Positions 1 through 9,542 of a DNA stretch of 36,909 nucleotides are shown piece by piece. The stretch lies in IMG/VR virus record IMGVR_UViG_3300042997_001979, positions 1 through 36,909 of that record; one strand, written 5' to 3'. The number at the start of each line of letters is the position of its first letter. Within the stretch, counting starts at the first letter, position 1. The DNA is from a virus. Lineage: Duplodnaviria > Caudoviricetes. A program made the translations under genes and the position numbers. The notes under the pieces are model-generated. The model saw only the letters and a list, made by a program, of their open reading frames with translations. It was not told where the DNA came from and did not search any database.

Positions 1-2450
1 TCAAATGTTGCAGGTATTTCGCTTCTATTTAAGGTTAAAGTTATGTCTGTATAATTTAAAGGAGCAATACTTGATCCTGTTGTTTTTGTTGCAATTGTTG
101 TTCCCGCGGCGTTTTTAAATAATAATGTAAAATTGTAGGTATCGTTATTATTTGGACCATTCTCTTCACGTTTAATATTAATTATACCGCTAAAATCATT
201 CGCAGCAGAAATATAACTACTCACATTAACAGATTGACTAACAGTTCTACTTACATATGTGAAATATAAGACACCATTTAAAACCGCAATTTGATTTGAT
301 GAAGTAAATGAATATGTCCCAAATCCACCAGACGCAGACCATCCGGTTGTTCCCGAATCAAAATCAGAATTTGTTAATAATTGTGTTACTTCTAAGCTTG
401 TTGGTGTTGTACTTGGTGTTGGTGTATTTGTTGGTGTCTCTGTTGGTGTTGGTGTATTAGTCGGCGTTTCTGTTGGTGTAACAGTGTTAGTTGGCGTAAC
501 GGTATTTGTTGGTGTTTGCGTAGGGGTTTCTGTCACCGTAGGTGTCACGGTATTAGTTGGTGTTACAGTTACCGTTGGTGTAACAGTTTCGGTAGGTGTA
601 ATAGTTGGAGTTACGCTTGATGTTGGTGTAACACTTGAAGTTATAGTTTGAGTTGGTGTTGGAGTTACTGAAACGGTTGCGGTAACACTTGGTGTTGGTG
701 TACGTGTCGCTGTAACACTAGATGTTAGTGTTATTGTTGGTGTGTTAGTTGACGTTAACGTAGGTGTTGGAGTAATAGTTTTAGTTGGTGTATGTGTCGG
801 CGTAACTGATTTTGTGGGTGTTACTGTAGGTGTAGATGTTATAGTATTAGTTGGTGTTATTGTTGGTGTGTTAGTCGATGTTAGTGTGGGTGTTGGGGTA
901 CGCGTCGGCGTAATTGTATTGGTTGGTGTTACGCTTGGTGTTATTGTAAATGTTGGAGTAACACTTGGAGTTGGTGTTAATGTTGTAGTAATAAAACATA
1001 CATTAAAATTAATACTTGGATTAGCACTTAAGTCCCCAAGAAAATTTCCACTTATTGTCCAATAAGCCCCATTATCAACCACACCTCCCGAATTAACAGT
1101 GAACGAACCATAACTCGCTTGAGTAATTAAATCGGTAAAATAAATTACATTATTCTCTACCAGTCGACTAAAATCATATTGTCTACCATAAAAATCTCTA
1201 TAACTAATATCTAAACTATTCGCGCCTAAATTAAATTGCGTTAAATTTATTGTTGGGTTATTTGTAGATGTGTATCTATAACAATATGATGTGGTAGGTG
1301 TAACCGTTATTGTTGGGGTTAATGTTATTGTCGGTGTAACCGTTGGCGTATTAGTTGGTGTAACCGAACTAGTTGGTGTAACCGTTGGCGTCGATGTAAC
1401 CGAAATTGATCTTAAAGCTTCAACACAAGGGGTTATACAATCATTAATATTAAAATTCGGTACAATTTCAGTTATGTGATGATGTTTTACATGTACAAAA
1501 TCCAACGGCTCTTCAAAGTACTTTATTTTTTTAGTGACATAATTAGTTGAAGGGCTTCCCCAAATCTGAACCATTTTGTTTTCAGATTGTCTAGGTGATG
1601 GAATAATCTCTTCAAAACGTTCGGTTTTATATATTGGATTACCATTATGATAGATTTTTAACGTTCCTAATCTTCTATCTTTTTCATCCGCCCATTTTTT
1701 ATTTAGCGATTCAACATATTCATATGTTATTGTTTCTCCTGTTATCCAATTTTTAAAATCATTAGTAATTGTGTATCCCGAAACAATTTGCGTTGAGGTT
1801 ACAGCACTAACAACCAAATCTGAATAAGGAACTGCGTGCGGTCCTAAAATCAAATCATTAAACCCACCTTGGTTCTCAACGTCACAATTTTCATAATGTT
1901 TATATCTATCAAATGTGATTGTTATATTAAAATCAGATGATGTTCCGTTTAAACATAATGGTTCGGTTTGTCCCGATGCTATATAATATGTCTCAGTATA
2001 ACCTGTTGTTTGACAAAATCCCGAATAATGAAACGCCGCCCAATTTATCCTATTATCAGATGTAAATGTAAAAAATAAATTATTATCAGCGTAATTTGTG
2101 TCAATTAAATCATCCTCAACCCCTAAAAAATAAAAAGTTGTATCTGCGGTATCCCCACTAAACACAAAATCTAACGTCCAACCCTTCTCTGTTCTTCTAC
2201 GAACCTTAAAGTCACAAGTCCCTCCGGTATATGGTTCATTAACCAATACCTCAAACGGAGTTGTTAATCCCGTTGTCAAACAAGATGAGTCAATAGTTAA
2301 CCCACTGTATGTTATTGGTGTTGTGAAATCTAAAACTTGAGCATCAAAGTCGTCTTGAGTTTTTGAAATCTCAAAATCGTATAATTCCGAATAATCTACC
2401 TTTAAATCCAGTTTAGACCCGTAATAATTTAAAATATTTTGGTTCGCCAT
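1..2450 (-). CDS. Large putative virion/surface protein with two Pro/Thr-rich repeat tracts and a carbohydrate-binding-like domain (partial, runs off left edge; missing from ORF track)
   Basis: ATG at 2450 reads MANQNILNYYGSKLDLKVDYSELYDFEISK. The same frame gives TPTETPTNTPT repeats, then LLTNSDFDSGTTGW (CBM/galactose-binding-like start), and is still open at position 3 (LNRSEIPATF). Frame spot-checked at start, repeats and window edge. Confidence 0.85.
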   Translation of the reverse strand, partial: MANQNILNYYGSKLDLKVDYSELYDFEISKTQDDFDAQVLDFTTPITYSGLTIDSSCLTTGLTTPFEVLVNEPYTGGTCDFKVRRRTEKGWTLDFVFSGDTADTTFYFLGVEDDLIDTNYADNNLFFTFTSDNRINWAAFHYSGFCQTTGYTETYYIASGQTEPLCLNGTSSDFNITITFDRYKHYENCDVENQGGFNDLILGPHAVPYSDLVVSAVTSTQIVSGYTITNDFKNWITGETITYEYVESLNKKWADEKDRRLGTLKIYHNGNPIYKTERFEEIIPSPRQSENKMVQIWGSPSTNYVTKKIKYFEEPLDFVHVKHHHITEIVPNFNINDCITPCVEALRSISVTSTPTVTPTSSVTPTNTPTVTPTITLTPTITVTPTTSYCYRYTSTNNPTINLTQFNLGANSLDISYRDFYGRQYDFSRLVENNVIYFTDLITQASYGSFTVNSGGVVDNGAYWTISGNFLGDLSANPSINFNVCFITTTLTPTPSVTPTFTITPSVTPTNTITPTRTPTPTLTSTNTPTITPTNTITSTPTVTPTKSVTPTHTPTKTITPTPTLTSTNTPTITLTSSVTATRTPTPSVTATVSVTPTPTQTITSSVTPTSSVTPTITPTETVTPTVTVTPTNTVTPTVTETPTQTPTNTVTPTNTVTPTETPTNTPTPTETPTNTPTPSTTPTSLEVTQLLTNSDFDSGTTGWSASGGFGTYSFTSSNQIAVLNGVLYFTYVSRTVSQSVNVSSYISAANDFSGIINIKREENGPNNNDTYNFTLLFKNAAGTTIATKTTGSSIAPLNYTDITLTLNRSEIPATF
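400..990 (-). repeat. Low-complexity (T/S-x-T-P)n coding repeat, about 195 codons
   Basis: Degenerate GTTGGTGT-type repeats on the + strand encode TPT units on the - strand. A shorter second tract lies at about 1291-1405. Confidence 0.9.
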
Positions 2451-2455
2451 GTTTT

Positions 2456-2488
2456 AATAAATATCTTTCATAACATTTGATATTTATA
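2456..2488. promoter_or_regulatory. Back-to-back TATTTAT(A/T) putative late promoters
   Basis: TATTTATT on - (2456-2463), 5 nt before ATG 2450. TATTTATA on + (2481-2488), 15 nt before ATG 2504. Confidence 0.65.
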
Positions 2489-2503
2489 TAAAAGTGTATT
2501 TAC

Positions 2504-3289
2504 ATGAATAATTTTATAAAAGGAGTAATTGAAGAGAAATTTGCGTCCAAAGCGCAACAACGCTATTTCTACGCACAAGCGGGAAAAGGCGGTAAAAAAG
2601 GTAAGAAATGGAGTAAATGGGCTAAAGAATTTTCAGACAAGACAGATTATGAAAAAATACCAGATAAAGTAGAAAAAGAAGAAGATGTAGACGAAATCGT
2701 GGATAGCGAGGGTAATATCGCAAGAGGTAAGAAACCCACTAATTTTAATACGAAGGGAGTTACATCTGATTGGACAACTGACGATGTGGTTAAAGCAAGT
2801 AGAGGTAACGTTGGTAGATACAATGGAACGGGCGGTTTGGTAACCCCGATAATTTCAAGTTTACAGGAAAATGGACTAACTAAACGTAAATTAATTGAGG
2901 TTGCGTTAGATGGTGCTTTAGGAGCTGAAGAAACAATTTTAAAAAATACCCCATATAAAAAGGCTGAAAAATATATGGAAAAACACTTAGGACTTGATGA
3001 CGATGAGGCGGAAGAAAGATTGGAAAAAATGGGATATGACGAAAATTTACCTGAACCAATGGTAAGATTAGTTGAAAATCCTAAAAAATTCATGGAAGAA
3101 TATCTTGAAAGTATTATTAAAAATAAATCAAAACAAAATGATGTTTTAGAAAAGGAAAAACCATTATCTGAACCAAAAGAAGTCGGTGAAATCGTTAAAA
3201 GACAACTAACATCATTAAATAAGACAATGAAAAGTCACGGGTTAACTTTAGATGATATTAAGAGTCATTTAGAAAAAGAAAATGAATAA
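2504..3289 (+). CDS. Hypothetical phage protein, possible head-internal protein
   Basis: 261-aa ORF with N-terminal VIEE|KFASKAQQRYFYA basic module; charged composition. Confidence 0.75.
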   Translation: MNNFIKGVIEEKFASKAQQRYFYAQAGKGGKKGKKWSKWAKEFSDKTDYEKIPDKVEKEEDVDEIVDSEGNIARGKKPTNFNTKGVTSDWTTDDVVKASRGNVGRYNGTGGLVTPIISSLQENGLTKRKLIEVALDGALGAEETILKNTPYKKAEKYMEKHLGLDDDEAEERLEKMGYDENLPEPMVRLVENPKKFMEEYLESIIKNKSKQNDVLEKEKPLSEPKEVGEIVKRQLTSLNKTMKSHGLTLDDIKSHLEKENE

Positions 3290-3779
3290 AGAATTAAAAC
3301 TTAGAATTTTTGACATTCCTTATGATGTTTTGAACAAGATTAATCATGCTGTGGTTGGACTTAATGGGGTGCATATGCATGGGCTACAAAGAGCAAAAAA
3401 ACTATTAGCGGATAAAAAAGTAAAATATGGACAATTAAAAAGAATTATCCACGATTTACAAAATATAGACAAGGGTTTAGATTTGGTTAAGTACGATTTA
3501 GCGGGTGGGGATTTAATGTTAATGTGGGGTAAGAAATTTTTAGATGGTGAAAGAGATATTATTAGCAACAGAAAAGAAGGTAGAAAAAACGCGGATGAAA
3601 TAGGGGGAATAACCGGGGAAAGAAAAAATAGCTATTTAAAGAAGCATAGAAAGAAACCAGATTGGTTACCACCATTAAACATGATAAAACCAAATTCTTT
3701 TAAATCAACAGCATCCGCATTAAGTTCTATGAAATTATTCGAAGAGATAGAAAAATTTAAAAAATTAATTAATTACTAA
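3282..3779 (+). CDS. Hypothetical basic phage protein
   Basis: 165-aa ORF overlapping the upstream stop; ends in LFEEIEKFKKLINY. Confidence 0.75.
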   Translation: MNKELKLRIFDIPYDVLNKINHAVVGLNGVHMHGLQRAKKLLADKKVKYGQLKRIIHDLQNIDKGLDLVKYDLAGGDLMLMWGKKFLDGERDIISNRKEGRKNADEIGGITGERKNSYLKKHRKKPDWLPPLNMIKPNSFKSTASALSSMKLFEEIEKFKKLINY

Positions 3780-3780
3780 T

Positions 3781-4365
3781 ATGGACACAAGTTATAACAC
3801 AGGACAAAGTAAATTATCACCCTTAGAAGTTTTAGGTAATCAGTATAGACCGATTGGATTAAGTACAAACCAATACACAGAAAATAAAGGTTATAGCTCT
3901 GAGGAAAAATTAAATGAGCCTGAAGATAAGATTGCAGTAACACCATTAGATATTAATATTCGAAACCAAGAGATAGCTGCTAATGAGTTTTCAAGTAGTA
4001 AACCATATGGTTTAAATGAAAAATTATCACAAAACGAAAAGGACATTCAGGTTACTCCAATCGATATTCAAACAAGAATAGACGGATTAAAAATTAATAA
4101 ATACGCACTACATAGAGGGTATAATAGCGAAGAAAAATTAAATGAGGCTGAAGATAAAATCGCAGTCACACCACAAGATATTAATATTAGAAATCAACAG
4201 ATTGCAATGAATGAGTTTAACCTAAAAAATAGTTATAACTCAGGTGAAAGAGCAAATCAACCCGATGATAAAATTCAAGTTACACCAGAAGATGTAAAAC
4301 TTAGAAAACAAAAAATTGCAATTAACACATATAATGCAAACAAAAAATATCCCGATTTTGAATAA
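3781..4365 (+). CDS. Tandem-repeat protein (5 x 38 aa)
   Basis: 194 aa = 5x38+4. Unit consensus EKLNx2EDKIxVTPxDIxxRxxxIxxNx(Y/F)x5Y; the first unit is divergent. Confidence 0.85.
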   Translation: MDTSYNTGQSKLSPLEVLGNQYRPIGLSTNQYTENKGYSSEEKLNEPEDKIAVTPLDINIRNQEIAANEFSSSKPYGLNEKLSQNEKDIQVTPIDIQTRIDGLKINKYALHRGYNSEEKLNEAEDKIAVTPQDINIRNQQIAMNEFNLKNSYNSGERANQPDDKIQVTPEDVKLRKQKIAINTYNANKKYPDFE

Positions 4366-5180
4366 TGATTAGATTTGAGGACATATTATTAGAAAAAGAA
4401 AGGGATTTAACGCCACTTCTTCTTAGGACAACTAACGTAAAAGCATTTGTTAATGCCGTTACCAATAGGAATCCTATTTCATTTGATTATTACGGCCCAA
4501 GAAAAGGTAGGGATAGTGTTAAATCGGGTAAAAGAAAAAAAGTCGAGGGTGTAACTTTTGGTGTGAACAAGAAAGGTAAAATGGTTTTAAGAGCGTATGT
4601 AAATCCACCATCAGTTAGTAAAAAGGGTTTTGAGGGTACTCACTGGAGAACATACATTCTTAGTCGAATGAAAAATATTGTTTTTCATTCAGATGAACAA
4701 TTCAATATAAAAAGAGAAGATTATGTAGAGAATGGCGATGATTCAATGACAACAATATATGCGAAATCGGATTGGGGTGCAAAACTTAAAGATAAAAAAA
4801 TTAGTAGGACTAAAGTTGAACCGAAGATTGAGCCAAAACCAGAGGTTGAACCGCAAGCCGCACCTGTTGAACCAACTACACCGGAAGTTCAACCACCATT
4901 GGCGGAGCCACAAACTCAACCAACCGCAGAACCAACCGCAGAACCAACCGCAGAACCAACTAATGAGCCAATTGAACCTATTGTGAAACCGACAACACAA
5001 ACTACACCACCACCTGTAGAAAAGAGCGCAGAGGTACAAAAACAAAACTTACCTCAGCCAAAGCCAACACAAAAACCTTCAGTTAATCCCGAAGAACCTT
5101 CAACAGAAAATCCTGAAGAAGAGGAAGATGAAACATTAAAAGAAAGTATTAAAAGAATTAAGCGTTTAATGTTGTTATAA
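4365..5180 (+). CDS. WYL-domain-like protein with Pro/Glu/Thr-rich tail
   Basis: AVTNRNPISFDY..GKRKKVEGVTFG..VLRAY..WRTYILSRM follows the WYL pattern. TAATG coupling to the upstream gene. Confidence 0.7.
   Translation: MIRFEDILLEKERDLTPLLLRTTNVKAFVNAVTNRNPISFDYYGPRKGRDSVKSGKRKKVEGVTFGVNKKGKMVLRAYVNPPSVSKKGFEGTHWRTYILSRMKNIVFHSDEQFNIKREDYVENGDDSMTTIYAKSDWGAKLKDKKISRTKVEPKIEPKPEVEPQAAPVEPTTPEVQPPLAEPQTQPTAEPTAEPTAEPTNEPIEPIVKPTTQTTPPPVEKSAEVQKQNLPQPKPTQKPSVNPEEPSTENPEEEEDETLKESIKRIKRLMLL
4920..4960 (+). repeat. 12-bp tandem repeat x3 (PTAE)
   Basis: CCAACCGCAGAA repeated three times in frame. Confidence 0.85.
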
Positions 5181-5216
5181 AAATAGTTATAATTTAAAAA
5201 GAAAATATTTATTAAT

Positions 5217-5795
5217 ATGTCACAAGGAAATGGAGTTATATCTCAAAATGATTTAATGAAAAGACTAGTTCAAGCTAAAAAAGTTATGAATAAAGTTGAT
5301 GGTGGAAATTATGAAAGAGGAAATATTGACGAAAATATTTTATTTTCATCTCCCGATGAGTTGATGGGTGAACAAACAAAACAACCAAGTAACGTTACTA
5401 AACAAATGGGTGTTGCTACTCCCGATAGGATTAATAATTCTAAATTACCAGATGCTATTAAAAGAGCTATGATAGAAAATCCAATACCACAAATTTCACT
5501 AAACGATACACTTGATATGGATTTTATTAAAGGAGCAAAACGTTTAATGGAACAAGAAGGGGTTGGAACAAAAAAACAAGGTGTTACACCATTTTCAAAA
5601 CAACAATCACAATCTAATGTTGATATGAATGCAATGGCTGTTTTAATTGAAAATGCCGTTAGAAAAGTTATGGATGAAAAATTAACGCAAATTTTATCAG
5701 CATCAACAACCGCATCTATTAATGAAAATTTAGTATTAAAAGTTGGTGATTCAATCTTTAAAGGAAAAATTACAGGTGTAAACAAAGCAAAATAG
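5217..5795 (+). CDS. Hypothetical phage protein
   Basis: 192-aa ORF with TATTTATT 3 nt upstream of the ATG. Confidence 0.75.
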   Translation: MSQGNGVISQNDLMKRLVQAKKVMNKVDGGNYERGNIDENILFSSPDELMGEQTKQPSNVTKQMGVATPDRINNSKLPDAIKRAMIENPIPQISLNDTLDMDFIKGAKRLMEQEGVGTKKQGVTPFSKQQSQSNVDMNAMAVLIENAVRKVMDEKLTQILSASTTASINENLVLKVGDSIFKGKITGVNKAK

Positions 5796-5798
5796 TTT

Positions 5799-6344
5799 AT
5801 GGCGGAAAATATCCATCTATGGCACTCAGATAGAGGTACCTATTTTGATAGGAACGTTAACATAATATCTTGGAGTGACGAATATCATATACATTTAGGA
5901 AAATACAATTCGATAGGTAGAGATTGTAATTTTTTTTTACATGCAAATCATCGCCCTGATTGGGTAACAACAAGTTCCATGCTTCTTGGACCTGTAAATA
6001 AAGACATCGAAAATATGATGTTTGATATGGGACATCCGTCTTGTAAAGGTGATATTATTATCGAAAACGATGTTTGGATTGGTGCAAAGTCAACAATAAT
6101 GTCCGGCATTAAAATTGGTAATGGTGCTGTTATTGGTGCAACTGCAACTGTAACAAAAGACGTTCCACCTTATGCTATTGTAGTTGGTAATCCAGGAAAA
6201 ATAATTAAATATAGATTCACAGAAACGCAAATCGAAAAGTTATTAGCTATCAAATGGTGGGATTGGAGTGAGCAAAAAATTATATCAGAATATCGCAATA
6301 TGTGGTCAACAGACATTGACGCCTTTATTAATAAACACACATAA
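5799..6344 (+). CDS. Hexapeptide-repeat O-acetyltransferase (CatB/Vat/LbH family)
   Basis: GDIIIENDVWIGAKSTIMSGIKIGNGAVIGATATVTKDVPPYAIVVGNPGKIIKYRF and KWWDW motifs. Confidence 0.92.
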   Translation: MAENIHLWHSDRGTYFDRNVNIISWSDEYHIHLGKYNSIGRDCNFFLHANHRPDWVTTSSMLLGPVNKDIENMMFDMGHPSCKGDIIIENDVWIGAKSTIMSGIKIGNGAVIGATATVTKDVPPYAIVVGNPGKIIKYRFTETQIEKLLAIKWWDWSEQKIISEYRNMWSTDIDAFINKHT

Positions 6345-6417
6345 ATTTATTAATGTTTACTTAATAATTTTGTTTTCTTAAATCTTTTTTGTATATTTTA
6401 ATACATAAAAGTTTATA

Positions 6418-7638
6418 ATGTCAAAAATTAAGATTTTAGCAATACCATCGGATAAACATGGAGTGGGTAAGTTTAGGATGATGGATCCGTATACATTTAT
6501 TGGGGACAAATACCAAGATGAAATTCATGTTGATATATCTTTCAATGCAGATAATAATGATGAATATTTTAAAGATTATAACATAGTTATATTTCACACA
6601 TTTATACATCAAACAAATCAAGAACAAAACGTTAGTCGTATCAAATGGTTACAATCAAAGGGTATTAAAGTAATTATGGACATTGACGACTTATGGTTTG
6701 TTGATCAAAGACATCCGATGTATCACCAAATTAAAAATTCGAAGATTGGTGATATGAAATGTGAAATGTTAAAAATGGTTGATTACGTTACAACAACAAC
6801 TCCTATTTTTGCAAAAACAATTAAAGAAAGATTAAACGTTAAAAACGTTATTGTTTTTCCTAATGCTGTTGATGAAACAGAATCACAATTTAAGGTAGCC
6901 CCAACCCCGTCAAATAAAGTTAGGTTTGGTTGGTTAGGTGGTTCATCTCACGCGCATGATATTGAATTAATGTCTTCAGGTATTTCTACAATATATAATT
7001 CATTTAAAGATAAAGTTCAATTTGTTTTATGTGGGTTTGATTTAAGAGGTACTGTTACTGAAATAAATGAAAAAAATGAACAAAGGCAAAGACCAATAAA
7101 ACCATTGGAAACCGTTTGGTATAAATATGAACAATATTTTACCGATAATTATAAAGTCTTAACCGAAAAATATAAAAACCATCTTTTTACCTTTGCAGAA
7201 ACGCCGTATGATGATGAAAATGAACCATATAGAAGAAGATGGACAAAAGAAATCAATTCATACGCAACAAACTATAATACTTTTGATGTTTCATTAGCAC
7301 CTTTAGTTGATTCATTATTTAATGGTAATAAATCACAATTAAAAGTGATTGAAGCGGGATTTCATAAAAAGGCTATTATTGCAAGCGAGGCTGATCCGTA
7401 TACGTTAGATTTAATATCGGCAATTGACGACGGTAAATTAAACAGTAAAGGAAATGCGTTATTAGTTAACCCCAAAAGAAATCACAAAGATTGGGCAAAG
7501 CATATGAAACGATTAATTGAAAATCCTAATATGGTTCAAGATTTAGGTGAACGTTTGTATGAAACGGTTAAAGACAAATATTCACTTAAAAAAGTTTGTC
7601 AAGATAGAGTAGAATTTTTTAAATCAATAATAAAATAG
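6418..7638 (+). CDS. Glycosyltransferase, GT-B fold (GT4-like)
   Basis: IMDIDDLW, FGWLGGSSHAHD and DVSLAPL..FNGNKSQLKVIEAG..AIIAS motifs. Confidence 0.85.
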   Translation: MSKIKILAIPSDKHGVGKFRMMDPYTFIGDKYQDEIHVDISFNADNNDEYFKDYNIVIFHTFIHQTNQEQNVSRIKWLQSKGIKVIMDIDDLWFVDQRHPMYHQIKNSKIGDMKCEMLKMVDYVTTTTPIFAKTIKERLNVKNVIVFPNAVDETESQFKVAPTPSNKVRFGWLGGSSHAHDIELMSSGISTIYNSFKDKVQFVLCGFDLRGTVTEINEKNEQRQRPIKPLETVWYKYEQYFTDNYKVLTEKYKNHLFTFAETPYDDENEPYRRRWTKEINSYATNYNTFDVSLAPLVDSLFNGNKSQLKVIEAGFHKKAIIASEADPYTLDLISAIDDGKLNSKGNALLVNPKRNHKDWAKHMKRLIENPNMVQDLGERLYETVKDKYSLKKVCQDRVEFFKSIIK

Positions 7639-7645
7639 AAACAAC

Positions 7646-7882
7646 ATGCATTATTTAGTTACAATCGGTTATGAAACCGAACAAATGGACAGAGCAGGAA
7701 ATCCTCGCCTTCAAAAATTAAAGTACGTAATTGAAGCGGAAACAGTCGAGGAAGCAACAATCGTTGCATCAAAATACAGAGCAGGTGATACTCGTTCAAG
7801 TGAAAGCATTTCAGTTGCAAAGATGCAAATTGAGTGTATCATTGATTCGAAAAATACTCCCGAGTATTATAAAGGTAAATAA
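7646..7882 (+). CDS. Small protein, DUF4494-like
   Basis: YLVTIGYE..G..QKLKYVIEAETVEEA resembles the Bacteroidota DUF4494 N-terminal pattern (from recall). Confidence 0.5.
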   Translation: MHYLVTIGYETEQMDRAGNPRLQKLKYVIEAETVEEATIVASKYRAGDTRSSESISVAKMQIECIIDSKNTPEYYKGK

Positions 7883-7898
7883 TTAAAACACCAATTGA

Positions 7899-8129
7899 AT
7901 GGAATTCTATAGTCGTGAAATACAAATTATGCGTCAATCGCAAAGTAAGATGGCTTTAGAATATGTAAGTTCAATTGGTGTTACTGTTACTTTACAAGAA
8001 TTAATTAGAATTACAGATTTATTTGTTGAAATTTGTTTAAGACCTCAAGATGAGGATTTAAAAAGAAGAATCAAGGCATTAGATAAATGGATATTAGAAA
8101 AAAAAGAAAATGGACAGAAATCAAATTGA
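7899..8129 (+). CDS. Hypothetical protein
   Basis: 76-aa ORF tiled within the operon. Confidence 0.7.
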   Translation: MEFYSREIQIMRQSQSKMALEYVSSIGVTVTLQELIRITDLFVEICLRPQDEDLKRRIKALDKWILEKKENGQKSN

Positions 8130-8730
8130 GGATTATTTAAAAAAATTAAAAGATATTGAGGAAAATCTATCTTCAGAGGAAGATTTTGATATTGATTTTA
8201 CTAAAAAAATCGATAGTGTTTTATCTGATTTATCTGAAGATTTAACCGAAGCGCAAAAAGCTAACGCCGCAACTAACTCACAAAGTGGTGTTGTTAGTGA
8301 GGGAGTATTGGTTAAAGTTAAAAAATTAGATTCAAATGCTGTGATACCGACGTATTCAAAAGTCGGAGATGCTGGAATGGATTTAACAATAACAAGAGAA
8401 ATTGAAAATACAACTTTTAGTGTATCGTATGGTTTTGGTATTGCCATGGAAATCCCAAAAGGGTTTGTCGGTTTAATATTTCCAAGATCGTCAATTAGAA
8501 ACCAAGATTTAATTCTATCTAATTGCGTTGGCGTCATCGATAGCGGGTATAGAGGCGAATTACAAGCCACATTTAAGAAAACTAATGGATTAGACTCAAT
8601 TAAGTATAAAGTAGGGGAAAGGGGCGCCCAAATCGTTATTTTACCATACCCAACGATATATATGACTGAGGTTCCTGAATTGTCAAATACAGAAAGAGGC
8701 GAGGGTGGTTTTGGAAGTACTGGTAAATGA
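8110..8730 (+). CDS. dut: Trimeric dUTPase with acidic N-terminal extension
   Basis: All five motifs present: AGMDL, PRSS, GVIDSGYRGE, AQIV, RGEGGFGSTG. Confidence 0.95.
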   Translation: MDRNQIEDYLKKLKDIEENLSSEEDFDIDFTKKIDSVLSDLSEDLTEAQKANAATNSQSGVVSEGVLVKVKKLDSNAVIPTYSKVGDAGMDLTITREIENTTFSVSYGFGIAMEIPKGFVGLIFPRSSIRNQDLILSNCVGVIDSGYRGELQATFKKTNGLDSIKYKVGERGAQIVILPYPTIYMTEVPELSNTERGEGGFGSTGK

Positions 8731-8773
8731 TGATATTTATAAACAATAAACGGAACAATTAAAACTAATAATT

Positions 8774-9505
8774 TTGGCATATAAAACTAGAACCAAAACA
8801 ACTAACCAACCACCTGTATTAGTAGAAGAGAAAAAAACATCACATAAAGATAGGATTAGACAAATTATCAAACGTCCTAAAGAAAAGTTTCTCACCAAAA
8901 ACCAAGAAACCTATTGGAACATTCTTGGAGAAAATCAAATTACCTTATGTTTCGGACCTGCGGGTGTAGGTAAATCCTACATAGCAATGAAGCGTGCTAT
9001 AGATCTATTATATGACGATTCTAACAAGTATGAGAAGATAATCATTGTTAGACCTGCGGTTGAAGCTGAGGAGAAATTAGGCTCACTTCCAGGAGGTTTA
9101 GAAGAAAAATTGGACCCATATATCTACCCATCATATTATCTTTTAAATAAGATTATTGGTAAAGAGGCTCGTGAGGAATTAAAAGAGCAAGGTTATATTG
9201 AGGTTGCTGCACTTGCATATATGAGAGGTTGGAACGTTGATAACACTATTCTTGTTTTTGAAGAAGCACAAAATGCCACACCATCACAGATTAAGTTATT
9301 ATTAACTCGTATTGGTTTTAACTCTAAATTCTTTATTTCGGGTGATCTTGAGCAATCAGATAAATTCAGAGATAAAACAAAATCTGGTTTATATGATGCA
9401 AAAAAAAGATTAGAAGACGTTAAAGGAATTGGTATTTTTGAATTTGGGATGCAAGATATTGTTAGAAACCCAATCATCGGGGAAATATTGAATAGGTATG
9501 ATTAG
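8774..9505 (+). CDS. phoH: PhoH-family ATPase (TTG start)
   Basis: GPAGVGKS, RPAVEAEEKLGSLPG, LAYMRG, EEAQN, GDLEQSD and DIVRNP motifs. Confidence 0.95.
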   Translation: MAYKTRTKTTNQPPVLVEEKKTSHKDRIRQIIKRPKEKFLTKNQETYWNILGENQITLCFGPAGVGKSYIAMKRAIDLLYDDSNKYEKIIIVRPAVEAEEKLGSLPGGLEEKLDPYIYPSYYLLNKIIGKEAREELKEQGYIEVAALAYMRGWNVDNTILVFEEAQNATPSQIKLLLTRIGFNSKFFISGDLEQSDKFRDKTKSGLYDAKKRLEDVKGIGIFEFGMQDIVRNPIIGEILNRYD

Positions 9506-9542
9506 CATTTACTTATGAGTTTTCTATTGTTATATTTTCAAT

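Noticed and set aside
742-1479. Val/Gly-rich plus-strand ORFs (742-1065, 1291-1479)
   Set aside because: Antisense shadows of the Thr/Pro repeats of the real minus-strand gene.
5799-6344. Antibiotic-resistance gene (vat/catB)
   Set aside because: The family motif is shared with sugar O-acetyltransferases, and the glycosyltransferase context favours that role.
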